A DNA stretch of 48,845 nucleotides from Armatimonadota bacterium. GTDB taxonomy: Bacteria > Armatimonadota > UBA5829 > DTLH01. Shown here piece after piece: positions 10,301-18,037 of this stretch (position 1 is its first letter; each line of letters opens with the position of its first letter). The notes under the pieces are model-generated. The model made no database searches. It saw only the letters and a list, made by a program, of their open reading frames with translations, and was not told the origin of the DNA. The position numbers were made by a program, and so were the translations under genes. The stretch is taken from assembly GCA_039680575.1 (NCBI GenBank), contig JBDKSP010000022.1:1-48845 (forward strand). The letters run 5' to 3'.

Positions 10301-10706
10301 TTACATCGACGCAATCTACATCCCCGTTATAGGCACCGGAAGCATCAGGCCTGTTTTCCTTACCAACCGTAATCTTGGCGGAGGAGATTGGAATTTCGAT
10401 CCTTCGACAGGGACAGGACAGCGCGGTGTGGTAGATGGAGCAGGACTGAACAATATAGGTATTCTGGTCAAGACTACCGGCAAGGTCACTACGGTAGGAT
10501 ACAATTACTTCTACATAGATGACGGTACACAAGCGAAGGATTCGTCAACATATACCGGCATAAAAGTATACTGCGGCAGCTTATCCAAGCCCCAACCGGA
10601 CCAGACAGTATCGGTGACCGGAATCAGCACTATAGTCAATATAGCAGGCGAATACTTCAGATGTATTCGCCCAAGGACTGCTGATGATATTCAACAACTT
10701 CAGTAG
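4332..10706 (+). CDS. Giant secreted right-handed parallel beta-helix repeat protein; five DUF1565-like/beta-helix/choice-of-anchor-Q-like modules plus C-terminal OB-like domains (2124 aa)
   Basis: Signal peptide MRKLVVTTILCICAIFSFYISAEC after an AAGGAG SD. Five modules each start I(R/H)VS..G.D.N.G.(S/T/D)W..AK(K/R)T and end SPCI.AG...DIGA(D/Y)E, with N-x-I-x-x-N beta-helix coils. Confidence 0.88.
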   Translation: MRKLVVTTILCICAIFSFYISAECAVIHVSTSGNDANSGESWDLAKKTIAAGLTAAASGDQVWVAKGSYNEYITVKSGVALYGGFLGNEGSLSERPAFPRPVTDPAETIIVSHYSNTAITASTGATGVDGFTIKTSDVGGGSSGINAQGGSTVVCNNTIIGQWDCGVYCTGPTIVTNNRIISCRTYGIYSSNGSPTIANNIIAGNGYGGIYCTTTSSATITNNTILDNSTNKDYGGGIVCSSAAVTISNNIIAFNRSGITNTQTTSSPVLNNNCVYNPEGTNYIGLSAGTGDISEDPKIVSAEYRLIHLRQDSPCINKGNNSQVQSDWVDIDGLSRIYDSTVDMGADEYDGTEWSSEHAIVRVSPSGDDVNNGSTWQLAKRTLKAAVEQAAVSGGEVWAAAGVYNENIYHYQYVYMFGGFDGTENSRIQRDYKKNLSILDGVGTTNPIITSFGGLHHGIIDGFVIRNASPSGNNGSIYCSNTDITISNNLFICNKSSAVGCYSASPRILNNTIKSNKSTYRNGIYCLNSPAPLIAGNIITGNSGGNGTGIYSESSSPVIVNNTIIGNIGGGVVYLLDSPATLSNNIVAFNSTGICKTGTGTVTLRNNCVYNPNSYNYSGLSAGEGDISVDPRVVSVENGEFHLQPVSECINAGSDIDVQSGCVDIDGGSRIYGGRVDIGADEYDETIWISTPNIIRVSAAGSDANDGSSWDLAKKTIQSAIDAAALKSEGEIWVAAGVYNEQIKLSSCICLYGGFAGTENTRSERNSSLYKSVIDGNGVYSGIDASFTGFKSSTIDGFTITNSSGYGVYCGPCALTISNNLITSCKDIAIYSSGSMMVYNNKIIKNKGSVNAGSNSEIVGNTIMGNSPLGGIVSSLGSQIIADNLISGNMVSDGGIKCVSCDSAVIENNIILGNTLYSGNGGRTGGILCRSNSTGIIRNNTIKGNYGYGIYSYSSVGTIAIINNTLVGNTYSDGGAIYLNNSPANVINNIVAFNSSGIAIPTGNTASVVLRNNCVYNPNGTNYTGLSAGDSDISVDPKFVSSEYGDVHLQSDSPCIDTGDSSAVETSWLDLDGENRIYGENVDIGADEFNGTIRDFSPKTIRVSPIGDDSNDGSSWYLAKRTINAGISEAAIDGGEVWVAAGTYNENIRLLPYTYVYGGFAGTEVERSARNWEANATIIDGGAAGSAVSATYIPSSSVSGINGFIIRNGSGSTISGKVYGGGIFCYYASPVIENNTITENIGTYGGGIGLSNSFSRITNNRITANSSGSGSGIYCDKSSPTIDNNIILGNIGGTNGQGGIYLNNSPAQILNNTVSGNSGSGGIVCYTSSAVIANNVISANYSYGLWLSGSPSALVVNNSITGHDRGLRCANSSPTIVNNLITHNNSTGVYVSGSTSSPILKNNCIYTLNDVNYSGITDKTGTDGNISVDPKIASPEYGQLYLQPGSPCIDAGDNSLVDGSWLDRNGQSRTQDGNGDATAVTDIGAYEFDGTGTVFTPITIRVSTTGNDANDGNDWSHAKRTVQNAIDTAFIKGGEVWVASGVYNERIIIHPYAHLFGGFSGVETTRAERNWETNKSILDGNASGTVVTFNIGYDVSASEIDGFTIRNGKSTSGAGIFCNSDVSPRIINNTIANNTGEGIYCYSTSAPRITGNNITENVGYGVKIYYASPVITQNTISRNKGGAYLLSSDCTFTNNVVSENTLPSGNGGGVYIEGCFADFRDNIISGNSAANGGGIYHSSFGTPIWNCVIKDNTATQGGGIYCYSSEIVTNNIISGNSATSGSGIYVNLTASPLITSNTIVGNIGNCGSIYICEASPRINNNIIAFNSGGIEKSSISGSPTLANNCVYNPSGANYVNLTAGGADISTDPGLTSDYHLLPNSPCINAGTNSAYVMSQYDIDGEYRIFACTIDIGADEFCCTPLTASGVKSAQNGCFVYLDAPVVSAIYNDCFYVEAEDRSSGIRVFKQSNSLSLGKKVNIMGWIRTTPNGERYIDAIYIPVIGTGSIRPVFLTNRNLGGGDWNFDPSTGTGQRGVVDGAGLNNIGILVKTTGKVTTVGYNYFYIDDGTQAKDSSTYTGIKVYCGSLSKPQPDQTVSVTGISTIVNIAGEYFRCIRPRTADDIQQLQ

Positions 10707-10741
10707 ATAATTTGCGGATACTTTAGTAGATAACAAGTTAT

Positions 10742-10781
10742 AGATCATCGGTAATCGCATGCAAGTGATTGCCGATGATCT
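10742..10781. terminator. Bidirectional hairpin between convergent genes
   Basis: AGATCATCGGTAATCGC-ATGCAA-GTGATTGCCGATGATCT, a 17-bp stem with G-U pairs. Confidence 0.65.
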
Positions 10782-10800
10782 TCAAACGGAGGGTCGGATG

Positions 10801-13800
10801 TTACTCAGTAATTGGTGTGACTGCGACTACGGAATCACCTGGCAGGGCTTCGATGAATCTCTCACCAGCGATAATTACCAGCTTGCCGATCACGCTGACA
10901 CTGCTGCCTTCTTCAACATCGCCATCCCAAAGGACGCCTATTCCCGAATGTCGGTCATCTTCCTCGATGTAAAACTTACCCGAGAACACAGCAGTCACGA
11001 CTTTTGCATCCAGCAAAACTCCAAAACCATCGGGAAGAGCTTTTACATCCGCTATGTCTGAGGCGTGGTTCGCAGCGAATATGGACGACGATGATCCCTG
11101 GCTGGTCATTCCGATGCCATTCGTCGCTCGAACGGTAATAAAGTATTCCTGGCCTGAAACCAACGACAACCCCGTCTTGGTAACCTGCGTTGATGTACCC
11201 GCGTCTGTCCAATCTAAGACATCTTTAGCGCCTTGTGAAGAACCTATCGCATATTCGTATTTGGCTATACCCGTATCAGGGTCTTCCGACTGCCAAGAGG
11301 CGGAGATGCTGGTCAAATCCGTAATGTATGATGAAGGCACGCTAACAATAGGCTGTGTTGGAGGATCATCATCAAATTTAACTGTCGCGGTTCCTGCACC
11401 AGCCTTTTTCCATACTATCAGACCGTAACGTCCCTCAGCGGGCAACTGGAAGATAAGCCTTTCCGCTCCTCCAAGCCCGGCAGTATCCGATTCCGCGATG
11501 CTGTTTTGACGGGACTTGTAGTAGGTCGTGGGGTCATCCGACATAGAGCCAACTACAGAGACACCGATATCGAGCCCTGTTCCAGGATTCACCAGCACAC
11601 AGCACTCCCCGGACTTCGATACGCTCATATCCCAGACCTTGAGAACGCTATTATTGTTGAAATTAGTCACATATAATGTACCGGTATTAAGGTCGAGTAA
11701 CCGGGTTGCCCACTCTATGTTGTAACCGGATATACCTGCGTACGACGTGACTTTCGGATATAACAGAGACGGGACCGTACGATTGCAGTCTACAGCGATA
11801 AAATCTATCGATCCTCCCCGTGTATCCGATGTGGCAGTGGAATTGGTATATCCTGCATCGGAAAACATCTGGAGGTCATAATCGCTGCCGTTAGCAGGTC
11901 GAATCCCGACCGCGCACCAACCACAAGAAACACCAGATGCGGCATAATAATCCGTTGTCGATGCACTCGATATTGTGACTGGCGTGTACGACTGCAGCTT
12001 ATTGCCGCCGACAATACCATTTCTTACTATAATGGCATAATCCTGATCGTAGGTCGAACTATTTCCCAGAACACCGTCTCCGGCTATATTCGCTGCTGTG
12101 ACAGTAATCCAATACACACCGGAAGGATTGGGGAAATATACACATTCAATATTGTTTTTATAATCCCTTGACCCACCGACTGTAGACCATCCGCCCGAAA
12201 AATCATTCCCAAGATAAGTGCTGGAATCCTTGGTAACTGTCAGATCAAGATCGTTTACCCAAGCAGACGCGCCAACCGTTCCCGGCGCGTCCGACCAGAC
12301 AAGAGTCACCTTCAATGGCTTCGACGGATCTGAAGTAACTACACGGTAACTCCTCGTTTGTCCTGTTTCCGTAAACAGATACTCCTGATCCTCATAATAA
12401 GTGTCTGGAGGATCCAGCGCAGCCTCCAGATCCAATCGGCCCCACCCCTGGTCTGAGTTAGGAATATGTCCAAGCGTGCTGCCTCCGTCTCTGCCGTCGG
12501 GACCGCCAGCTATATCTTTTGCGCTGTTTACGAGTATCGCCTTGCACATAGCAGCACTCGGGTTCGAGTTATTATGCTCAAGCCGCCACCACTGGCCGAT
12601 AACCGCCAACGCGCCGCTTACAGCAGGAGCTGCCTGGGACGTACCGCTCATCCACGCGTAGTCCTCAGCACCGTCTATAACCTTCTGATAGGGACTATTC
12701 GGGTCGTCATATTTACCCAGATTATCCGCGCTATAAGATTTCATGGATGAAATATTCGTGCCGGGAGCCACTATAGTCGGAGCTAACCGACCATCCACGC
12801 AGGGACCGCGGCTGCTGAAGGATGCAACTCCGTCGATATCGGTCGATGATCCACCGCCACTTCCAAGCGGCATGTCCAGCCGGTAATTCTCGCTTGCACC
12901 GACGGTAATTATGTTTTTAGCTTCTTTTGGATCGTATAAGCTGGTCGCATTGGGGCCTGCGTTTCCACTTGAGAACACCATAGCTATCTGCTGCGTGCCT
13001 GATGTCTGACGGTCCGCATCTCTGACTAAAGAATCGAACTCTCTGCAAATTGCTGTATAACCCTGTCCGGTTTCACTCCCCCAATACCAACTGTTATTGG
13101 ATACGAATGCTCCTGACCGGACCGAATCACGGGTAAGCATCCCCCAGCCGTCCATCGGTGGGAACTGTGCTGCCAAAACAGCAGGCTGGATGTAAAGGCT
13201 GCATCCGGGAGCTACTCCCTGTCCATAGAGAAACCCATTCTCGTCCATTACTCCTAAAGCCGCAGTCCCGGCTATAATCCCGGCAACATGTGTTCCATGG
13301 CCGTTTGTATCCGTAGCCGGCACAAATGGATATCCGCTTTCCACTGACAGAATTCTTCCCGCAAGGTCTGCATGCATAGTCGTGAGATCGTTCGTATCGC
13401 AGCCGGTATCGATGACAGCTACAATCGAGCCGCTCCCATCAAACCCGACCTGACTTAGCCATGATGCATACGGCGGATCGGAAAAAGGTACTCCGCTCGT
13501 ATAATTCTCTGCTGTATAGTTTCCTGCGTTTATCTGGCAGGCGACCTCATCATCCAATCCATATTGTGCTGAAGTCTTCTCGATCTGGAGCACTCTTGGA
13601 AGCCGTGCTATCTTCTGTATGATCGAAGCATCTGCTGTAAACCATGCATTTACAGCGGGATTATCGGGATCGAGCGTTGCATCAAGCTTTTTCACGAGCT
13701 TCGCGCCCATAGATTTGATCTCATTTATCGTCGCATCGGAAGGATCATCATATATAGTGACAGACAGGTATTCTATCTTGCCTTTCACACCATCCAGTTT

Positions 13801-14367
13801 TTTCTGTATCTTGTACGCGGGATGGTAAGGGCTTCTCCATTCGATGAATTGCTTACTCCCAAGCCCGGAGGCTTTCGATGGGTCTACCCAGACAAGATAT
13901 GTGTTCTCGGGTATATAGCTTACAATACGCCCACCGGACTTTTCTATCTCCTGCGCCCAGTCAGATTTCAGGGGGCCCTTAAGATGTATCAGGTAAAACA
14001 TCGGAGAACCTGGTGACTCGGCCGCTGACAGCGCCTTAGGCAGAGCATGCACTCCCTTACGTACATCAAAAGATCTGTCCTGAAACTTTATAACACCGGC
14101 ATCCTTCTCTTCCTGGAATCTGGTTTTAGCGGCTTTGAGTGTCTCCACAGCGGATGCGGGTACTTCGATGACGGAAAACCCACCGTAATCGATCCTGTTC
14201 AGCACTTCTATTTTGGAAAGCTTCGGGAGGTCAGTTTCAGGTATTCTTAGCGTGACTGTTTGTTGAGTGGCTGCATTCGAGGCGACAGCAAGCATCAGCA
14301 TAACGAAGACAAGCGTTATGCCGAACCAGTTTAGGATATTCGGATGTCGCATGAACCGAAACAGCAT
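10801..14367 (-). CDS. Secreted S8 subtilisin-like serine protease (KP-43-like) with FN3-like and C-terminal OB-like domains
   Basis: Catalytic triad VAVIDTG / HGTHVAG / SGTSQAAP, oxyanion SSGN, KNIITVGA, FSSRGP, and the C-domain PLKVTLVWSD..NDLDL; N-terminal signal peptide. Confidence 0.93.
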   Translation of the reverse strand: MLFRFMRHPNILNWFGITLVFVMLMLAVASNAATQQTVTLRIPETDLPKLSKIEVLNRIDYGGFSVIEVPASAVETLKAAKTRFQEEKDAGVIKFQDRSFDVRKGVHALPKALSAAESPGSPMFYLIHLKGPLKSDWAQEIEKSGGRIVSYIPENTYLVWVDPSKASGLGSKQFIEWRSPYHPAYKIQKKLDGVKGKIEYLSVTIYDDPSDATINEIKSMGAKLVKKLDATLDPDNPAVNAWFTADASIIQKIARLPRVLQIEKTSAQYGLDDEVACQINAGNYTAENYTSGVPFSDPPYASWLSQVGFDGSGSIVAVIDTGCDTNDLTTMHADLAGRILSVESGYPFVPATDTNGHGTHVAGIIAGTAALGVMDENGFLYGQGVAPGCSLYIQPAVLAAQFPPMDGWGMLTRDSVRSGAFVSNNSWYWGSETGQGYTAICREFDSLVRDADRQTSGTQQIAMVFSSGNAGPNATSLYDPKEAKNIITVGASENYRLDMPLGSGGGSSTDIDGVASFSSRGPCVDGRLAPTIVAPGTNISSMKSYSADNLGKYDDPNSPYQKVIDGAEDYAWMSGTSQAAPAVSGALAVIGQWWRLEHNNSNPSAAMCKAILVNSAKDIAGGPDGRDGGSTLGHIPNSDQGWGRLDLEAALDPPDTYYEDQEYLFTETGQTRSYRVVTSDPSKPLKVTLVWSDAPGTVGASAWVNDLDLTVTKDSSTYLGNDFSGGWSTVGGSRDYKNNIECVYFPNPSGVYWITVTAANIAGDGVLGNSSTYDQDYAIIVRNGIVGGNKLQSYTPVTISSASTTDYYAASGVSCGWCAVGIRPANGSDYDLQMFSDAGYTNSTATSDTRGGSIDFIAVDCNRTVPSLLYPKVTSYAGISGYNIEWATRLLDLNTGTLYVTNFNNNSVLKVWDMSVSKSGECCVLVNPGTGLDIGVSVVGSMSDDPTTYYKSRQNSIAESDTAGLGGAERLIFQLPAEGRYGLIVWKKAGAGTATVKFDDDPPTQPIVSVPSSYITDLTSISASWQSEDPDTGIAKYEYAIGSSQGAKDVLDWTDAGTSTQVTKTGLSLVSGQEYFITVRATNGIGMTSQGSSSSIFAANHASDIADVKALPDGFGVLLDAKVVTAVFSGKFYIEEDDRHSGIGVLWDGDVEEGSSVSVIGKLVIIAGERFIEALPGDSVVAVTPITE

Positions 14368-14546
14368 CTGATAGATTACTCGTTTTGTGTGAATTCTACA
14401 TTGTTATCGACGATTGGAACGTATCGCTTGTTCCTTGCAAGCTGAAATTACACCACATGCCAGCCAGTTTTCGCGGTGTAAATGCATTCTAGCATATATT
14501 ATCGGAAATTGGCGGAAATGCTGGATATACGGATTGCGGATGTTAC

Positions 14547-15377
14547 TTAGTCCTTGAACCGGCGATGCCGAAACATATGGAAATAAGCCCGGCCAAGGAC
14601 TTTCCTGCCGATCCGTGGCAGCAGTTCGATTTTCTCTGCTATAGGCGCTGAACACCAGTAATCCATCAGAAGTTTTGTAAGGAGTATGTTATCATTCAAC
14701 CTGTCTACGCCGTAGTTTGCATTCATCGAGTGCAGCCTGTAAAAAGCCAGGGCTTCCGGCATATAGACCATCGAGCTTACACGCGCTATCTTCAGCCAGG
14801 CGTCGAAGTCATCGCAGGTGCTGTATCGCGGGTCGAAAAGCCCGATCTTCATAAGCGTATCGCGTCTCACCATGGCTGCTGATGATGTAATAACGAAATT
14901 GCCGTGGTTGATAAGCCATATGAAGTCCGGATGAGACGGAATAATCGATTGGTCGATAGACAAGCGGTGCGCATATGGCCCGAATACATTGACTGCCGAG
15001 AAGATCATCCCCGCGCCCGGTTCGTTTTTCAGCCCAAGCACCTGTTTGGCAAGCTTTTCGGGAGCCCAGAGGTCGTCATGGTCAAGAAACGTCAGAAACT
15101 CACCCGCTGCGGCTTGAACACCCGTATTCCTGGACCGGGCATGTCCAAGATTGGCTTCATTTCGAATATGATGCATGCCAGGAAGGCCATCGATTTTATC
15201 CAGGACCGGCCGTATATCCCGCGGGGAAACATCGTCGACTATAATTACTTCAAAATCCCTGAATGTCTGCCGTGCGACCGACTCCAGCGCTTCTGCCAGA
15301 TAGGTCTCATGCTGCTCTGAAGCACAATACACCGGGATTATCACCGAAACTTGAGGTGTTACACCTGTATCATTCAC
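14547..15377 (-). CDS. GT2 family glycosyltransferase
   Basis: VSVIIPVY, EVIIVDD, RNTG, FLDHDD.W.P.KL and DDFD.WL motifs. Confidence 0.9.
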   Translation of the reverse strand: MNDTGVTPQVSVIIPVYCASEQHETYLAEALESVARQTFRDFEVIIVDDVSPRDIRPVLDKIDGLPGMHHIRNEANLGHARSRNTGVQAAAGEFLTFLDHDDLWAPEKLAKQVLGLKNEPGAGMIFSAVNVFGPYAHRLSIDQSIIPSHPDFIWLINHGNFVITSSAAMVRRDTLMKIGLFDPRYSTCDDFDAWLKIARVSSMVYMPEALAFYRLHSMNANYGVDRLNDNILLTKLLMDYWCSAPIAEKIELLPRIGRKVLGRAYFHMFRHRRFKD

Positions 15378-15442
15378 ACCTATATATTATCCGTTTTTGC
15401 CCAGGTACGCCAGACTCACCTTCTTTTCGCCCTCTCGGTAGC

Positions 15443-15470
15443 TTGACATTACGGCGTTCCCTGGTATAAT
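15443..15470 (+). promoter_or_regulatory. sigma70 promoter of tRNA-Arg
   Basis: TTGACA, 16-nt spacer, TATAAT with an extended -10 TG. Confidence 0.85.
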
Positions 15471-15484
15471 ATTCGTGCTGATAT

Positions 15485-15559
15485 GCCCTCGTAGCTCAGT
15501 GGATAGAGCACCGGCCTCCGGAGCCGGGAGCGGAGGTTCGATCCCTCTCGAGGGCGCCA
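15485..15559 (+). tRNA. tRNA-Arg (anticodon CCG)
   Basis: GCCCTCG acceptor stem, D arm TAGCTCAGTGGATAGAGC, anticodon arm CCGGC-CTCCGGA-GCCGG, GGTTCGATCC T arm, encoded CCA. Confidence 0.96.
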
Positions 15560-15573
15560 ATTATTATTATCTC

Positions 15574-15597
15574 AGGCCTCTTGCAGTGGGGCCTTTT
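15574..15597 (+). terminator. Rho-independent terminator after tRNA-Arg
   Basis: AGGCCTC-TTGCAGT-GGGGCCT hairpin followed by a T run. Confidence 0.6.
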
Positions 15598-15706
15598 CTA
15601 TTATTCCTGCCTGCGGAATCTGCCCAACCCGGGTTCAGATGCTCCTGGCTTGCATGGAGCTAGCGCGAGCTTCGCTTGATGGCAGGATGTCACAGGTCGA
15701 TGCCGT

Positions 15707-16837
15707 ATGGTCGAGACTTACGAAACATTACTGTACCACCAGAAGCAGGCGCTGCAGTCCTGGCGTAATGCTGCCAGCGCTACTTCGGCCCCGGCAGGTC
15801 CCGAAATCAGAAAACTTGTCTGGGAACTGCTTGTAATCTGCGCCGATAACCTCACAGACCCTTCTGCCGATAATGATGACGAGATTTCCAATATCGCCGG
15901 TGATCTCGCGTCCCTGGCGCTCAAATCAACCGATGTAAGAACGCTGAATTCGATCTATAGAGATGCGTTAGTCGATGCAGTACTGCAGCATATTCCTGAT
16001 AATAAGCGGTTTATGAAGCAGATGATCCACTTTTCCAACCTCGTGTCAGATGCATTCCGCGAGGCCTATACGTACAGGCTTCGTCGGTTGATCAGCAAAC
16101 AAAAAACATCCAGAATCTCGGAAGAGCTTATACTTGCCAAGCGGATTCAGGAAAGGCTTTTACCTAAAGATATACCGAAAGTGCCTGGGTTTCAGATAGC
16201 TGGAAGGGTTATTCCTGCGCTGGAGGTCGGCGGCGACTATTGGAGCGTGAAGTACTACGAAGAAGATGGCGTTGTCACGATGAAACTGGCTGATATTACC
16301 GGCCATGGCATAGCTGCCGCGACGCTGGTCGCTGCGGTGAAGTTTATCTCCGGAGGCTACTACCGCGGCGCGAAATCAGCTCATGAGGTCATGGAGAGGA
16401 CAAACCGTATCCTTGTGCTGGAAACTCCGGTCGAAATCCTCGTTACGATGGTCTACTGCTGGCTTTATCCAGATACGAAAGAGATCGATATCGTCAATGC
16501 AGGCCATGAACCTGTTTTTGTATGCAACGACGGCCTTTGTATCGACATTCTGCCGACCGGTCCGGTGCTCGGTGTCGAGCAGGCAGACTACAGCGAAAAA
16601 CGACTGAAGCTGGAACCCGGAGACATCCTGTTTTTCTGTTCGGATGGAATCACCGAAGCCGGAATCGGAGAACCTTTCGGCACAGCAAGGGTAAAAGAAC
16701 TGGTCAGCCAGAACAAAGACCGGACCGCTGAAGAGATCGCCGATGCCGTTATCAAGGCTGTTACTGATTATGTCGGGCAGTCGCATGATGATATGTCGCT
16801 TGTTGTGTTGAAAGCAGTTTTCGATGAGTCCTCGTAG
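15707..16837 (+). CDS. SpoIIE/RsbU-type PP2C Ser/Thr phosphatase with helical N-terminal domain
   Basis: A.RIQ.RLLP, VGGDY, ADITGHG, NAGH, SDGITEA and DD.S motifs. Confidence 0.9.
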   Translation: MVETYETLLYHQKQALQSWRNAASATSAPAGPEIRKLVWELLVICADNLTDPSADNDDEISNIAGDLASLALKSTDVRTLNSIYRDALVDAVLQHIPDNKRFMKQMIHFSNLVSDAFREAYTYRLRRLISKQKTSRISEELILAKRIQERLLPKDIPKVPGFQIAGRVIPALEVGGDYWSVKYYEEDGVVTMKLADITGHGIAAATLVAAVKFISGGYYRGAKSAHEVMERTNRILVLETPVEILVTMVYCWLYPDTKEIDIVNAGHEPVFVCNDGLCIDILPTGPVLGVEQADYSEKRLKLEPGDILFFCSDGITEAGIGEPFGTARVKELVSQNKDRTAEEIADAVIKAVTDYVGQSHDDMSLVVLKAVFDESS

Positions 16838-17762
16838 CATTATCTTGATGCTCTCATTACTCTGCTTTACCGCTTCGATGGCTTCAGCGCGGATTGTTAC
16901 ATTATCGGGAACCACATACACCCGACATTTCATCATCCATCACCATCCTGACTCCAAAAGTAATGCTCAGGTGCTTGGCGAAGCTTCAGAATTGTGGTAC
17001 AGGGAGATAAGCTTGCGTCTGCGCATCACAAAGCCAATGACCGAACCGATACCGATGTACATCTACCGCAATCAGACGGACTTTTCCGACGCCACCGGAT
17101 ATGAAAAACCGGGACACATTCTGGGCAGGGCATCGACAAAGGGTTATATCGACCTTGATTCTTCAGGTATCCTTGCCCCGGCTGGGCAGATCGCAGGCCA
17201 TGAGATCGTCCATGTTCTTGTCTTCCACATACTGGAAGGAGACGCCAGCCTGCTGCCGCTGTGGGTGAACGAGGGTACCGCCAAATTGATGACAAAGGAT
17301 TGGGACACAGTTGATGCAGCAACTCTTGCTGACGCCGCCACCAATGCCAGCCTGCTGCCGCTGTCCACACTCGACCATCGTTTCCCCAGCGGCTCAAAAG
17401 AAACCCTGGCTTACGCTGAAAGTGCTTCCGCGGTCAAGTATTTCGTAGACAAATACGGTGAAGAGTCTCTTGCTGAACTGATCCACAAAACAGCAGAGAC
17501 CGGATCGTTCGAAAAAGCAATGATGGAGGTAGCAGGGGTATCCGTCCATGATTTCGAGCGAAAATGGCAGAGAAAAGTGGAAGGATATCATCCTTTTTTA
17601 CAGATCATAAGGACTGTGGCGGTTATAGGCGGGCTAGCTATGCCTCTTCTTGCAATAGCCGCCTATCTTGCACTCCGTCGACGCAAACAACGGATCATCG
17701 AGCAATACGAGCAGGATGAGTGGGAAGAAGCCAACTGGAGAGACTGGGGAGGCGGCAGCTAG
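16824..17762 (+). CDS. Exported zinc metallopeptidase, peptidase MA-like, with C-terminal membrane anchor
   Basis: Signal peptide; HEIVH...PLWVNEG.A motif; LAYAES; C-terminal transmembrane helix followed by RRRK. Confidence 0.82.
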   Translation: MSPRSIILMLSLLCFTASMASARIVTLSGTTYTRHFIIHHHPDSKSNAQVLGEASELWYREISLRLRITKPMTEPIPMYIYRNQTDFSDATGYEKPGHILGRASTKGYIDLDSSGILAPAGQIAGHEIVHVLVFHILEGDASLLPLWVNEGTAKLMTKDWDTVDAATLADAATNASLLPLSTLDHRFPSGSKETLAYAESASAVKYFVDKYGEESLAELIHKTAETGSFEKAMMEVAGVSVHDFERKWQRKVEGYHPFLQIIRTVAVIGGLAMPLLAIAAYLALRRRKQRIIEQYEQDEWEEANWRDWGGGS

Positions 17763-17793
17763 CTGGAGCATTATTACCTACAACAGCTTCGCC

Positions 17794-17985
17794 TTATTCC
17801 TGCACCTCTGGTTCGTGAGCTTTTCGTCCATAGACCTTTTCATAAGCCTTGCAGGCCGGGCAAATGCCGCCCTCCAGGGTCCTCACAAACCAGAAGATAA
17901 CTCCCCTCTGGTTTTTCCTTGCCTTACGGCACACAGGGCATTCCACACATTTCTGTGCCAACTCACGGTCTTTATCGGTAATCAT
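17794..17985 (-). CDS. Small Cys-rich hypothetical protein (63 aa)
   Basis: AGGAGA SD; CVECPVC and CPAC motifs; fills the gap between the TPR gene and the convergent peptidase gene. Confidence 0.75.
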   Translation of the reverse strand: MITDKDRELAQKCVECPVCRKARKNQRGVIFWFVRTLEGGICPACKAYEKVYGRKAHEPEVQE

Positions 17986-18008
17986 TGGTTCTCCTGCACA
18001 ACAAAAAT

Positions 18009-18035
18009 GCTGACGGCTAATAGCTGATAGCTGAC
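18009..18035. repeat. 7-bp tandem repeat (GCTGANN) x4
   Basis: GCTGACG GCTAATA GCTGATA GCTGAC; same family as 32347-32378. Confidence 0.7.
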
Positions 18036-18037
18036 AT

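Noticed and set aside
15485..15559. tRNA-anchored genomic island (also at tRNA-Ala 43261-43336)
   Set aside because: No integrase and no duplicated tRNA 3' end noticed in the window
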